The notes under the pieces: generated by a model
What the model was told of the DNA's origin: nothing
Databases searched by the model: none
The model's input: only the letters and a program-made list of their open reading frames with translations
Shown here: positions 50,588 to 61,232 of the stretch, in pieces
How positions within the stretch are numbered: position 1 is the first letter of the stretch
How the letters are laid out: the number at the start of each line of letters is the position of its first letter
Program-made: the position numbers and the translations under genes
NCBI GenBank assembly: GCA_024408085.1
Contig: JAKSVH010000002.1
Coordinates: forward strand, 43,613 to 107,612
DNA length: 64,000 nt
Direction of reading: 5' to 3'
Origin: Bacilli bacterium
GTDB lineage: Bacteria > Bacillota_I > Bacilli_A > RFN20 > CAG-826

Positions 50588-52639
50588 TTATTCAGCTTTC
50601 TTTTCTACTTTTTTAGCAGGTGCTTTTTTGGCTGGAGCTTTCTTTGCAGCAGGTTTCTTTTCCGCTGGTTTTTTCTCCTCAGCCTTTGGCTCTTCTGCTT
50701 TTCCTGCTAAAACAGCATCGATTTCTTCAGCTGTAATTGTTTCTTTATCAAGCAATGTTTCAGCAATTTTGATTACATCAGCTTTGTTTGCTTCGATAAT
50801 TTCTCTTGCTTTAGCATGAGCAGCATCAATAATTTTGCGAACTTCTTGGTCAATTTCAAATGCGATTTGAGTGGAGAAATTCTTTTGTGTTGAAGCGTAG
50901 TCTCTTCCAAGGAAGACTGAACCGGTATCACGTTCATATTGGATTGGACCAAGTGAACTCATACCGTATTCGGTAACCATTGAACGAGCAATTTGTGTTG
51001 CAACTTCAATATCGTTGGATGCTCCAGTTGTAACATCATCGAAGAAAATTTCTTCTGATGAACGTCCACCTAAGAAACCAATAATTCTAGCTTCGAGCTC
51101 AGCTTTGCTGAGTAAGAATCTATCATCTTCTGGGGTCATTAAGACATGACCGCCAGTTCTTCCTCTAGGAATAATTGTAATTTTTTGAACTTTATCCGAA
51201 TGTGGAAGTTTTAAACCGATGATTGCGTGGCCTGCTTCGTGATAAGCAACACGTTTTCTTTCATCAGCATTCATTCCTTTGGAACTCTTAGCTGGACCAG
51301 CAATTCTTCTATCGATAGCTTCATCGATATCTTTAACACTAATCATTGGTTCTTTATTACGAACAGCAAGAATTGCTGCTTCATTCATGATATTTTCAAT
51401 ATCAGCACCAGAGAATCCAACTGTTCTCTTTGCGATTTGTGCAAAGTCAACTTTTGGATCAACAAGTTTATTTCTTGAGTGAACTTTGAAGATTGCTTCA
51501 CGGCCTGCTTTGTCTGGTAAGTTAACAGTAATTGTTCTGTCGAAACGACCAGCACGAAGTAAGGCTGGATCAAGAACGTCTTCACGGTTTGTAGCAGCAA
51601 TAACAATAATGCCTGAATTATCTTCGAAACCATCCATTTCAACTAAAAGTTGATTGAGTGTTTGTTCACGTTCATCGTTTCCGCCACCAAGACCAGCGCC
51701 TCTTTGACGTCCAACAGCATCGATTTCATCGATAAAGACTAAACATGGTGCAGCTTGTTTTGCTTTTCTAAACATATCACGTACACGACCCGCGCCTACA
51801 CCAACGAACATTTCAACGAAGTCGGAACCTGAAATTGAGAAGAATGGAACACCTGCTTCACCGGCAACTGCTTTAGCAAGTAATGTTTTACCAGTGCCTG
51901 GATGACCGACAAGAAGGACACCTTTTGGAAGCTTTGCTCCAAATTCAGTGTATTTCTTTGGATCTTTTAAGTATTCAACAAGTTCAACCATTTCAGCTTT
52001 TTCTTCATCGCATCCTGCAACATCAGAAAATCTGACTTTTGAATTTTCAACTTTACGAGCTCTAGAACGATTGAAATCCATTGCTTTGTTATTAGAACCA
52101 TTAACGGATCTTGAAAGCATTGAGAAAAGAAGGACTGCAATTAAAACAGTAACAATTATTGAAATAATTGATGGTCCCCATTGATCCCACCATGAAACTT
52201 CAAAAGCATAAACTTCTGAAATATAAGCATTTTTTGCTTTATCTGGGTTTGCTGCTTTATAAGCATCGATTTCTTGTTGGAATCTTACACTATAAGGCAA
52301 GCTTTCTTTTTCAACACCATTTTCAAAATATTTGAAAGAATTGTTGTATTGAGTTTTGTTAAGAGTAACAGTGTACTTAAATGCTTCATTTGAGCTATTA
52401 ATAGCTGAACCTGAAACTTGAACAACTGTTTCTTTATCATAAACTTCGGCTGTGACAACTTGGTTTTCTTGTAAGAAACTATTCATTGAGTTTGCATCAG
52501 AATTGTATTTAACTACTTTTGCAGATGTTGCTCTAACAATGATTGCTATAAATGCTGCAATAGCTGCAACTATAAGAAGAAAAGGAAGGATTGTTCTAGC
52601 AAATCCTCTTCTTGGAGCTTGATTTTTATTTTCGTCCAT
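50588..52639 (-). CDS. ftsH: ATP-dependent zinc metalloprotease FtsH
   Basis: AAA Walker A motif [18 protein letters not shown] zinc site. K/A/P-rich C-terminal tail. Confidence 0.95.
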   Translation of the reverse strand: MDENKNQAPRRGFARTILPFLLIVAAIAAFIAIIVRATSAKVVKYNSDANSMNSFLQENQVVTAEVYDKETVVQVSGSAINSSNEAFKYTVTLNKTQYNNSFKYFENGVEKESLPYSVRFQQEIDAYKAANPDKAKNAYISEVYAFEVSWWDQWGPSIISIIVTVLIAVLLFSMLSRSVNGSNNKAMDFNRSRARKVENSKVRFSDVAGCDEEKAEMVELVEYLKDPKKYTEFGAKLPKGVLLVGHPGTGKTLLAKAVAGEAGVPFFSISGSDFVEMFVGVGAGRVRDMFRKAKQAAPCLVFIDEIDAVGRQRGAGLGGGNDEREQTLNQLLVEMDGFEDNSGIIVIAATNREDVLDPALLRAGRFDRTITVNLPDKAGREAIFKVHSRNKLVDPKVDFAQIAKRTVGFSGADIENIMNEAAILAVRNKEPMISVKDIDEAIDRRIAGPAKSSKGMNADERKRVAYHEAGHAIIGLKLPHSDKVQKITIIPRGRTGGHVLMTPEDDRFLLSKAELEARIIGFLGGRSSEEIFFDDVTTGASNDIEVATQIARSMVTEYGMSSLGPIQYERDTGSVFLGRDYASTQKNFSTQIAFEIDQEVRKIIDAAHAKAREIIEANKADVIKIAETLLDKETITAEEIDAVLAGKAEEPKAEEKKPAEKKPAAKKAPAKKAPAKKVEKKAE

Positions 52640-52752
52640 ATTTAATACCTCCGGGGTTATCTAAACAAATGTGTTCGCTAAAAATGATACCAAAACAAAA
52701 AGTTTTGTAAACTATTTTGTAAATATATTTATTTATATAATGCGTATTAAGT

Positions 52753-53967
52753 TTATCTATTCCCAATTTTCGTTAAATCAATTTTAAAAATAGATTTATG
52801 ATTATCAACAAATTCTTTGCGATATCTTGGAACATAAATTAATTCGTTATTTTTATTATAAATTCCCGGCCACATCTTTCTAAGATGGGTTGGCATTTTC
52901 CAGTTGATAAATTGACGTCTAACTTCTACAAAATAATCTTTAACTTTTACCTTTTCTTTTGGATTAACATTTCTCACATAACACGGAAAATCTTCGTTTT
53001 TAATCCCACGATCTTCAGCTCCCATAGAAAAATCAATTTCAATAAAGGAGTTTTTTGCTTTTTTGTTCACTTCTAATTCGTAAACGTAATTTGGCTCAGA
53101 TTTTAGGATTTCAACATCATCATAATTTTTAACCAAGAAAACATGTTCAGTAATTTTGAAAGATGCATTAGCCTTAGTTTCAAAACATTTTTGAATTTCT
53201 TGGACAAATTTCTTACTCAAATCTCTGTGTTCGTTTTCTCTAACCATGAAAAAATCAATGAATCTGACCACATTTTCGTAGGTCATTTTAGCAAAGTTTT
53301 TGTAAGAAATTTTAGGATTAAATTTTTCGCAAGTTTTGTTCTGTTTTTTAAGCTCAGAAATGATTGATTTTCTCTCTTCTTTTGTAAGCTTCTCAACAAT
53401 GGTGTGACGAACCTTGTTTCTGGAATAGTGATCAGTCAAATTTGACTCATCAATTGAGTATGGAATTTTGTTATCAATATCGTACTCCAAAAGTTCCTGT
53501 TTCGAGTAACCCAAAAGTGGTCTTAAAACACGAACTCCCAAAATATTGTTTTCCTCGCGAATTCCCCAGTATTTCACTAGGTTTTTGCGGTTTTTTTGCA
53601 TTAAATAGGTTTCAATAACATCGTCTTCTTGATGGGCTACAAGCACTCCAAAAGCGCCATGTTTTTCGCATACTTTTTTAAAGAAATTATAACGTGTTTC
53701 TCTAGCCCATTCTTGGAAGTTTCCAGACACTGTTAAATTTACAGTATCAAGTACCTCAATTTCGACATTGTTTTCCTTACAAAATTGGGTTAAAGATTCC
53801 TGCTCAAAATTTGAGACATTTCTCTTGTGATAATTAACATGAGCAACAACAATTTTTAGATTATTTTTTAGGGTTGCAGAAAGTAAGGCCATTGAGTCAG
53901 GGCCAAAAGAGCACGCAACAACGTACTTTTTGTTTTTATCTAAGTTCAATTTGATGTCCTTAACCAT
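52753..53967 (-). CDS. tilS: tRNA(Ile)-lysidine synthetase
   Basis: PP-loop variant CSFGPDS. Position immediately after mfd (the start ATG is 5 nt after the mfd stop) and before ftsH, as in Bacillus. The ORF-track start at 54027 is an over-extension. Confidence 0.7.
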   Translation of the reverse strand: MVKDIKLNLDKNKKYVVACSFGPDSMALLSATLKNNLKIVVAHVNYHKRNVSNFEQESLTQFCKENNVEIEVLDTVNLTVSGNFQEWARETRYNFFKKVCEKHGAFGVLVAHQEDDVIETYLMQKNRKNLVKYWGIREENNILGVRVLRPLLGYSKQELLEYDIDNKIPYSIDESNLTDHYSRNKVRHTIVEKLTKEERKSIISELKKQNKTCEKFNPKISYKNFAKMTYENVVRFIDFFMVRENEHRDLSKKFVQEIQKCFETKANASFKITEHVFLVKNYDDVEILKSEPNYVYELEVNKKAKNSFIEIDFSMGAEDRGIKNEDFPCYVRNVNPKEKVKVKDYFVEVRRQFINWKMPTHLRKMWPGIYNKNNELIYVPRYRKEFVDNHKSIFKIDLTKIGNR

Positions 53968-56900
53968 TTTTCGCCTTCTTATTATATTTTTTATAAAGTG
54001 CAACAATGCATTCAATGATAGTTTCAAGGTCTTTCACCCAGTTATCGATCTTTTTAAGTCTAATTTTTAAAACTTTATTGAGATAGGTTACATTAATCTT
54101 GCTGAGATATGGAGTTAGCATCTCAAATAATGCTGATCCAATACCAGAAATGCTTGAAAAATTATTCGATAAAACTATCTCAATTTCATTTGGATATTCA
54201 TTCACATTTTCGAACTCTTCATTGTTCATCAACATGTCTATTCTTCTCTTGTTAATTAAGAGCATAACTTCGTGTGGAATTTTTCCATAAATATCGCGGA
54301 TTTTAGCCTTAATTCCCTGCAATTCCTGGATATTTTTGGCATTTTCAAGTTCTTGATAGAGCTCAACTTTATCCTCTTTTATCATGTAAGAATCAGGTAT
54401 ATAAGCATCGATTTTAAAGAGCTTGACAGGCTTAGGTGGTTCGTATGCTTTTCCAGTCTTTTTCTCCTCTATAACTTCATTCAAAAGTTTGAGATATAAT
54501 TCAAGACCAACAGAGTCAATAAAACCAGCTTGTTCAGGTCCTAAAATGTCACCTGCGCCACGAATCATGAGGTCTCTTTGTGCAATTTTGTATCCGGAAC
54601 CCAATTGAGCAAAGTCTTGAATTGCTTTTAATCTCTTTTGGGCTGCTTTATTTAATGTTTTTTGCTCATTATAGAACAAATAAGCGTATGCGATTCGACT
54701 TCCACGTCCAACTCTTCCCTTAATTTGGTAAAGTTGAGACAAACCGAAATGATCAGCGTTCTCGACAATGATTAAATTTGCATTTGGAATATCAATTCCG
54801 CTCTCAATAATAGAAGTTGCAACTAAAACATTAACTTCGCCAGAATAGAATCTCATCATGACGTCTTCAATCTCGTCTTTCGACATCTGTCCATGCACAA
54901 CTCCGACGTTTGCAGAAGGGATTTGTCTACTGATTCTATTTGCAACCAAATGAATTGAAGAAACTACGTTATGTATGTAAAAAACCTGGCCTTTTCGCGT
55001 TAATTCTCGCTCAATCAGCTCTCTTACGACACCTTCATTAAATGGTGTAACATAGGTTTGAATTGATGATCTGTTCTCTGGCGGAGTGTTGATTTGAGAG
55101 ACTGGTCTAACACCAATTAATGAGAGTTGTAAAGTTCTTGGAATTGGGGTTGCAGACAATGATAAAACATCAATATTTGTCTTGATCTCTTTTATTCTTT
55201 CTTTTTGTTCAACTCCGAATCTTTGTTCTTCATCAACAACTAATAAACCGAGGTCATTAAATTCAAAATCTTTACTTAATAAACGGTGTGTGCCAATAAC
55301 TAAGTGGATTTTTCCTTCCTTTATATCCTTAATATATTCTTTTTGTTGTTTTTCAGGAACCAATCTAGAAATAACAGCAATATTTACACCAAAATATCTA
55401 AATCTTTCGCATGCAAGCTCGTAATGTTGTCTTGCAAGTAAGGTGGTTGGACACAAAATGACAACTTGTTTACCGGAAGAGATTGCTTTAAAGACTGCTC
55501 TAAAGGCAACTTCGGTTTTACCGAAGCCAACATCACCACATAGCAAACGATCCATTACATCGTTTGATTCCATATCTTTTTTAATATCTTGAACAGCTTG
55601 TTCTTGATCGTAAGTTAATTGATAAGGGAATTCTTTTTCAAATGATTCTTGGAGTTCGTCGTCCGGCATAAAGGCAAAGCCTTTTCCATGTGCTCTTTCG
55701 CTATATAATGCATATAATCTATCTGCCAATTCATTAATTCTAGTCTTGATTTTTGATTTGGTTTTTTCCCAATCATCAGAATTTAAATTAGAAAGTTTTG
55801 GCTCGGCCCCTTCTCTTCCAGAATATTTACGTAATAATCTAAATTGGGTAAGCGGAATAAACAAAACACTGGTTCCAGAATATTGCACTTTAATAAAATC
55901 TCTATGAATGCCATCAACTTCGATTGTTTCGATGTCAATAAACTTACCGATTCCATAATATTCATGAACAACAAAGTCTCCAGGCTTTAATTCTTCATAA
56001 TTTCTTAAGATTGTAGCCTCTTTAAATCTGTTCAAAAATCTAGAAGCTCTATTTTGAAATCCAAATAGCTCTTTTGAAGATACAAAAACGATTTTTTCGT
56101 CAGGTAATTCGAACCCTTCTTCAAGTGAAAAAATAGTAACGCCAATTTTCTTAGTTGGAATCTCTAAACCTTTAAGTGCATCGTATAAAACTTTCTCAGA
56201 TTTTAAGAATTCTACAACGGTGTCATACTGTTGTTTATTTGAAAGTGCAAGAACGATTTTTTCAGAAGTTGAGAGGTACTGATTTAAGATAATTTGAAGG
56301 TTTGATGAATTAGCTTTTGAGAAAATAATTGGATTGGTTTTAAACTCAATTTGTTCGGGATTTTCGCGGAAATTAGTGGAGAAAACCAGGTGTTTTTCAA
56401 ATTTTAGGACATCTTTAACATCACTGTATAACTCGAGGTGAGTCATCAATTTTCCATTTTCATTTAATTCGGAAAAATAGTTCTTGGCTTCCTTGGTAAT
56501 GAAGTCAATTGTAGTATCAAATTGATTCTTGTTTGAGATGAAAGTAAGATCGGCTTTAAAATAGTCACAAATTGAGTTAGTGAAGTGCTTAATGTACCTT
56601 GTAAATTTATACAAGTGCGGGTGGTAAACGCGGTTCTGAATTCTCTCATAATCGTTATAAGCGTTTTGCTCTAAATATTTTGCTAAATCAGGTGACAAAT
56701 TTTGTTTATCTTTAACAATTTGCTTATCAAGATTTTCTTTAAACTCTTCAATTTCTAAATCTGTGAACAAAACATCGTTTGCAGGTTCAAATTTAATTGA
56801 GTCAATTTGCTTAATTGATGTCTGACTTGAGATATTAAAATATGAAATCGATTCGATAGTATCTCCAAAGAATTCAATTCTAATTGGGTTATCCTGTGAA

Positions 56901-57442
56901 ACAGGATAGATATCTAAAATATCTCCACGAGATGCAAATTGCAAAGTTTGATCAATTTTATTGACTTGTTCATAACCTGCTTGAACAAGTTTCTTTTTGA
57001 TGTCTGCTAAGTTATATTCTTTATCTTTTTCAAAGAAAAATGTATTTGATAAAAAATCACTAACAGTTGGTAGTGGTGTAATCAATGCTGAAGCATGAGT
57101 AACAATAATTTTTGGTTTGTCTTCTAATGCTTTTGTTAAAACATACAATCTTTGAGCAAGCAATTCTTTAGATGAGGAGAGGCTTTCATTTCTTAACATA
57201 TCATCAACTGGAAATAGATAAACATTATCTTCTCCAATGAGTGATGCGATGATATCAGATACCTTTTGAGCGGTATAAAGATTTGATGTTAAAAGTAGGT
57301 ATTTCCCAAGCTTTTTGCTGAAAATACCCGCGAAAAGCAGGGAAATTCCAATAGTATCGTCCACGACAAATTGCCCACTTTTGGAAATGAGGTGGGTAGC
57401 AGCTTCAGAATTGGAAATAAGTTTTAAGAGTTCATCATTCAA
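53960..57442 (-). CDS. mfd: transcription-repair coupling factor
   Basis: 1160 aa. Superfamily-2 helicase motifs (GDVGFGKTEV, DEEQRFG). UvrB-homology and TRG regions. pth-mfd order. Confidence 0.9.
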   Translation of the reverse strand: MNDELLKLISNSEAATHLISKSGQFVVDDTIGISLLFAGIFSKKLGKYLLLTSNLYTAQKVSDIIASLIGEDNVYLFPVDDMLRNESLSSSKELLAQRLYVLTKALEDKPKIIVTHASALITPLPTVSDFLSNTFFFEKDKEYNLADIKKKLVQAGYEQVNKIDQTLQFASRGDILDIYPVSQDNPIRIEFFGDTIESISYFNISSQTSIKQIDSIKFEPANDVLFTDLEIEEFKENLDKQIVKDKQNLSPDLAKYLEQNAYNDYERIQNRVYHPHLYKFTRYIKHFTNSICDYFKADLTFISNKNQFDTTIDFITKEAKNYFSELNENGKLMTHLELYSDVKDVLKFEKHLVFSTNFRENPEQIEFKTNPIIFSKANSSNLQIILNQYLSTSEKIVLALSNKQQYDTVVEFLKSEKVLYDALKGLEIPTKKIGVTIFSLEEGFELPDEKIVFVSSKELFGFQNRASRFLNRFKEATILRNYEELKPGDFVVHEYYGIGKFIDIETIEVDGIHRDFIKVQYSGTSVLFIPLTQFRLLRKYSGREGAEPKLSNLNSDDWEKTKSKIKTRINELADRLYALYSERAHGKGFAFMPDDELQESFEKEFPYQLTYDQEQAVQDIKKDMESNDVMDRLLCGDVGFGKTEVAFRAVFKAISSGKQVVILCPTTLLARQHYELACERFRYFGVNIAVISRLVPEKQQKEYIKDIKEGKIHLVIGTHRLLSKDFEFNDLGLLVVDEEQRFGVEQKERIKEIKTNIDVLSLSATPIPRTLQLSLIGVRPVSQINTPPENRSSIQTYVTPFNEGVVRELIERELTRKGQVFYIHNVVSSIHLVANRISRQIPSANVGVVHGQMSKDEIEDVMMRFYSGEVNVLVATSIIESGIDIPNANLIIVENADHFGLSQLYQIKGRVGRGSRIAYAYLFYNEQKTLNKAAQKRLKAIQDFAQLGSGYKIAQRDLMIRGAGDILGPEQAGFIDSVGLELYLKLLNEVIEEKKTGKAYEPPKPVKLFKIDAYIPDSYMIKEDKVELYQELENAKNIQELQGIKAKIRDIYGKIPHEVMLLINKRRIDMLMNNEEFENVNEYPNEIEIVLSNNFSSISGIGSALFEMLTPYLSKINVTYLNKVLKIRLKKIDNWVKDLETIIECIVALYKKYNKKAKNG

Positions 57443-58005
57443 CTATTACCACCTCCATTAAATTTAGACATAGCGTTTTGAAAATCGTTTATCAAAAATT
57501 CGCGTATAGCTTTTGTTGCGCGTTCTATAGCAGAGTCAATTTTTACTTTGTCATCTCCGGTTGCTTCGCCCAAAACATGCTTAATAGCATCGTATTTTGG
57601 TTCACCAATACCAACACGGATACGTTTGATATTTTCGGTAGCTAAACATTTGATAATATTTTCCATACCCTTTTGGCCGCCACTTGATCCACTAGCTCTT
57701 AATCTAAGAGCTCCTGGTTCAATTGCCATGTCATCATAAATGACAACAATGTCTTCTCTGTGAATTTTAAAAAATTTAACAATCTCATAAACTGCTGTTC
57801 CAGATAAATTCATCATTGTTAAAGGTTTGAATAAAACAATGTCCTCGTCGTTGTATTTAAACTTTCCATAGACACCATGAAAATCTTCTTTATCAATGTC
57901 AACTCCAGTTGCATCTGCAAAAGCATCTACAACACGAAAACCACAATTGTGTCGAGTCATTGCGTATTCTTTTCCTGGATTGCCTAAACCAACAATAAGT
58001 TTCAT
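57439..58005 (-). CDS. pth: peptidyl-tRNA hydrolase
   Basis: MKLIVGLGNPGKEYAMTRHNCGF is the canonical Pth N-terminus. Confidence 0.9.
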   Translation of the reverse strand: MKLIVGLGNPGKEYAMTRHNCGFRVVDAFADATGVDIDKEDFHGVYGKFKYNDEDIVLFKPLTMMNLSGTAVYEIVKFFKIHREDIVVIYDDMAIEPGALRLRASGSSGGQKGMENIIKCLATENIKRIRVGIGEPKYDAIKHVLGEATGDDKVKIDSAIERATKAIREFLINDFQNAMSKFNGGGNS

Positions 58006-58047
58006 AATTGCAATTGATTATATCACATCACATTATATTGTGTTAGA

Positions 58048-58974
58048 ATGTTTAACATGAAAAAGAAAATGCCAACTCCTATAAAAGATGGTCTCATAGG
58101 ACTTGCTTTTGGTGTGGGTGCTATTATCCCAGGTATTGCAGGAGGAACAATACTTCTTGTTGCTGGTGCTTACAAGAAAGTTGTTAATGCTGTTGCCAAA
58201 TTATTTACCAAAAACTTTTTCAGAAACCTCATCATTTTATTGCCGTTCGGAATTGGCGCTCTTTTAGCTGTTGCTGCACTTGTTTATCCACTCAATCTTG
58301 CTATGGAATATGCAGCGTTTGCTATTGTCTGTTTATTCGCTGGTTTAATCATTGGATCCCTTCCAAGTGTTACCGATAAAGTCAAAGGTGAACCACGTAG
58401 AAAACGATACATTATTTCGTTTGTCGTGTTCTTTATTTTAACCGCACTTATTGGGGTTTTGTCGGTGATTTTCGGCACAAATTCCATAATTAATGATCTT
58501 TTTGAACAAGTTCCTTTCTACTTGTATTTGATAATTTTGGCAGTTGGTTTTGTTTCAGCAGCAGGACTTATCGTCCCAGGATTTTCTGGTTCAATGTTAC
58601 TCCTCGTTTTATGCTTTTATGAACCAATTCTTGGCTTATTCAAATTCCAAAATGTCGGAACCTCACTTGGACTTCTTGGAACATTCCTTGTTGGTGCAAT
58701 AGCAGGTTTTGTTTTCTTCTCCACAATTATGAACCACTTCTTAAGAACACACAAAATTGGAACTTACTATGCTTCAATTGGAATGATTGTTGGTTCATTA
58801 GTTGCAGTTTTTGTTAATTCAAAAATGTTTGACTACATCTCTAAGAGTGGTCATTTTGATTTAGTTGATGAAATTGGTGGTCCAGTTTTACTAATTCTTG
58901 GAATTGTGGCTGGATACATGTTTGTTAGATACGTTAGAAATCATCCAGGATTTGAAGAAGATGCCAAGAACTAG
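58048..58974 (+). CDS. DUF368-family membrane protein (PopT-type undecaprenyl-phosphate translocase candidate)
   Basis: Two repeated PG(I/F)(A/S)G(G/S) motifs (IPGIAGGTILL and VPGFSGSMLLL) in a polytopic membrane protein of 308 aa. Confidence 0.65.
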   Translation: MFNMKKKMPTPIKDGLIGLAFGVGAIIPGIAGGTILLVAGAYKKVVNAVAKLFTKNFFRNLIILLPFGIGALLAVAALVYPLNLAMEYAAFAIVCLFAGLIIGSLPSVTDKVKGEPRRKRYIISFVVFFILTALIGVLSVIFGTNSIINDLFEQVPFYLYLIILAVGFVSAAGLIVPGFSGSMLLLVLCFYEPILGLFKFQNVGTSLGLLGTFLVGAIAGFVFFSTIMNHFLRTHKIGTYYASIGMIVGSLVAVFVNSKMFDYISKSGHFDLVDEIGGPVLLILGIVAGYMFVRYVRNHPGFEEDAKN

Positions 58975-59527
58975 AGAACAATTTTCTGAAATGAAAGATG
59001 AAAGATTAACCTCAATTTTAGAGGCCGCTCTTCCTCTGTTTTCTTTGAACGGCAAAAGGGTTTCGATCGATGCAATTTCGAGCAAAGCAAAATGCTCTCA
59101 TGGAATCATTTATCATTACTTCAAAAATTCCGATGAAATCTACCAAAAATTGCTCGCAAGTTCAACATATGTTGAATTATACAATAGACTCTTCACAATA
59201 AATGAAGGCTCAAGTTACGAAAAAATTGAAGAAATCATTTCGGTTTTATTAGACGTTTCTGAAGCAAAATTTGAGAACGTCTGCTACCTAAATATGATCA
59301 TCAAAAATGATGACAAAAATTCATTGTTTTTGTTGCTTACAAAACTTGTAAAAGAAGGACAAAATTCTAACAAAATTATCGCAGGAGAACCTGCTGATGT
59401 TGTTAATACTTTATTCTTTGTTTTCAAAGGAATATATCTTTCATTTTTACAAGAAAAGCACCCTGTTATTAAGGTGCCTTCTTTAGAAAATGTAATGCAG
59501 CTTATTCGCAAGCCGGTTTCATTTTAA
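58961..59527 (+). CDS. TetR/AcrR-family transcriptional regulator
   Basis: N-terminal HTH (…SIDAISSKAKCSHGIIYHYFKNSDEI). Start set at MPRTREQF, overlapping the upstream gene by 14 nt. Confidence 0.7.
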   Translation: MPRTREQFSEMKDERLTSILEAALPLFSLNGKRVSIDAISSKAKCSHGIIYHYFKNSDEIYQKLLASSTYVELYNRLFTINEGSSYEKIEEIISVLLDVSEAKFENVCYLNMIIKNDDKNSLFLLLTKLVKEGQNSNKIIAGEPADVVNTLFFVFKGIYLSFLQEKHPVIKVPSLENVMQLIRKPVSF

Positions 59528-61081
59528 GTACTTATCATCAAATTCTTTGATGTCTTTATAAATACCTTTTAAGTTTGGGTACATTTTCATGTATGCATGC
59601 TCATACAAGTATTTATATTTTTCAACATTTTCAGGATTTGGTAAGAATTCTACACTTTCGTGAACCATTGCTTGAGCAGCTTCTTCTTTTGATTTAAATT
59701 CACCTGCTGCAATAAATCCTGCCATAGCACATCCTAAAGATGAGCATTCAAATGATTGAATTCTTGAAACTGGTCTATTGAAAATATCTGCAGTAATTTG
59801 GCAAATAACATCACTTTGTGATCCGCCACCTGAAATTCTAATTTTTTCGACTTTGTGGTGGAGACGTTTCGATTCAAATAAATCAAGACCTTCTTTTAAA
59901 CAATAACCAATGCCCTCAATAATTGCACGATACATGTGAATTTTTGTATGAACATCACTAAATCCAATGATTGCGCCTTTGGCGAGTGGTCTTCTTAAAC
60001 CTGGTCCCCAGTATGGTTGAAGGACCAATCCATCAGAACCTGGAGCAATCTTTGCCATTTCATCATTAAATGATTGAATCATGTTTCTATCAACAACAAT
60101 TTGTTCAACTGTTGGACCTTCACATCCAAATTGTTTAATAAACCAATTTAACATCCAATAACCACGATAAACTTGAACGTCCATATCATAACCGCTGACT
60201 ATGTCAGGATATGATGGAAGGAATGGTTCAGCATCGCTATATTTCTTAACTGGAACTTCGACTGTACATGCAGTTCCATAAGAAACTGCTGCCATTTTGT
60301 CATTAACAACGCCAAGTCCAAGAGTTTCGGCTGACTTATCAGAGCCACCAGCAAACATTTTCATGCCTTCAGGTAAACCAGTTACTTCAGAAGCTTTTTT
60401 TGAGATTGTTCCCATAACTTCACCAGCTTGGGTTAAACGACAAAGTCTCTTGTTTGGAACACCAAAAACTTGGCCTTTCAAATGAGTGTCTTTTTTGTAC
60501 CATTGTCCCTTCTTAAAATCGATAGGTAAATGGCCTGCTTGACATGATGCACAGTCGACATAATCTCCAACGAGTTTTGAGGTAATATATGTGGAAATCA
60601 TCATGAATTTCGCCGTATTTTCCCAGATATCTGGTTGATTTTCTTTAAGCCAAACTCCCATTGATCTCTTACGATTGAGCTCAATAGTTGGGCCCATTCC
60701 TACGAGCTTAAAAATAGCTCTTGAAAGGGCAGGAAGTTTTTCCTTTCCTTCTGCTCTTCTTTCGTCTAACCAAAGAATTGCAGGACGTAAAGGTTTTAAG
60801 TTTTCATCACAGCAAACAACAGAGTCTCTGAAGAAACACATTGCGATTCCAAGAACATCATTCATTAGTTCAGAATTATTTTTAACAATTTTCTTAGTAC
60901 AAGTACAAAGAGAATTGAAGTAATAATCTGGATCTTGTTCAGCGTATCCAACAACTGGTGAGTGGTATGCTGGTTCATACTTAACTCTTTCCATGGCGAC
61001 TATGTCGCCTTTTTTATTTATAAGTCCAACACGGACTGATTGCGTACCAAAATCTATGGTAAGAATGAGTGGTTCTTTCAT
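59519..61081 (-). CDS. FGGY-family carbohydrate kinase
   Basis: 520 aa. N-terminal LTIDFGTQSVR. The two-domain FGGY pattern. Confidence 0.8.
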   Translation of the reverse strand: MKEPLILTIDFGTQSVRVGLINKKGDIVAMERVKYEPAYHSPVVGYAEQDPDYYFNSLCTCTKKIVKNNSELMNDVLGIAMCFFRDSVVCCDENLKPLRPAILWLDERRAEGKEKLPALSRAIFKLVGMGPTIELNRKRSMGVWLKENQPDIWENTAKFMMISTYITSKLVGDYVDCASCQAGHLPIDFKKGQWYKKDTHLKGQVFGVPNKRLCRLTQAGEVMGTISKKASEVTGLPEGMKMFAGGSDKSAETLGLGVVNDKMAAVSYGTACTVEVPVKKYSDAEPFLPSYPDIVSGYDMDVQVYRGYWMLNWFIKQFGCEGPTVEQIVVDRNMIQSFNDEMAKIAPGSDGLVLQPYWGPGLRRPLAKGAIIGFSDVHTKIHMYRAIIEGIGYCLKEGLDLFESKRLHHKVEKIRISGGGSQSDVICQITADIFNRPVSRIQSFECSSLGCAMAGFIAAGEFKSKEEAAQAMVHESVEFLPNPENVEKYKYLYEHAYMKMYPNLKGIYKDIKEFDDKYLK

Positions 61082-61232
61082 ATGTTTGCTGCCTCTATTT
61101 ATTTAGATTTTAATCTTTTTTGAAACCGCTTTTCAATTATTTTTTCTTTGCGATTACACTCGTATGTGTGTATACTCATATTCGTGTGCGATTTCAGCAC
61201 ATCGTATATTATTGTCACTTTAGGAGGAATAA

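Noticed and set aside
61082-61232. Possible riboswitch in the 150-nt ppdK leader
   Set aside because: I saw only repeated TCGTATGTGTG/TTCGTGTGCG motifs and an extended -10 (TGTGTATACT). There is no resemblance to any riboswitch consensus, so it is probably promoter and UTR sequence.
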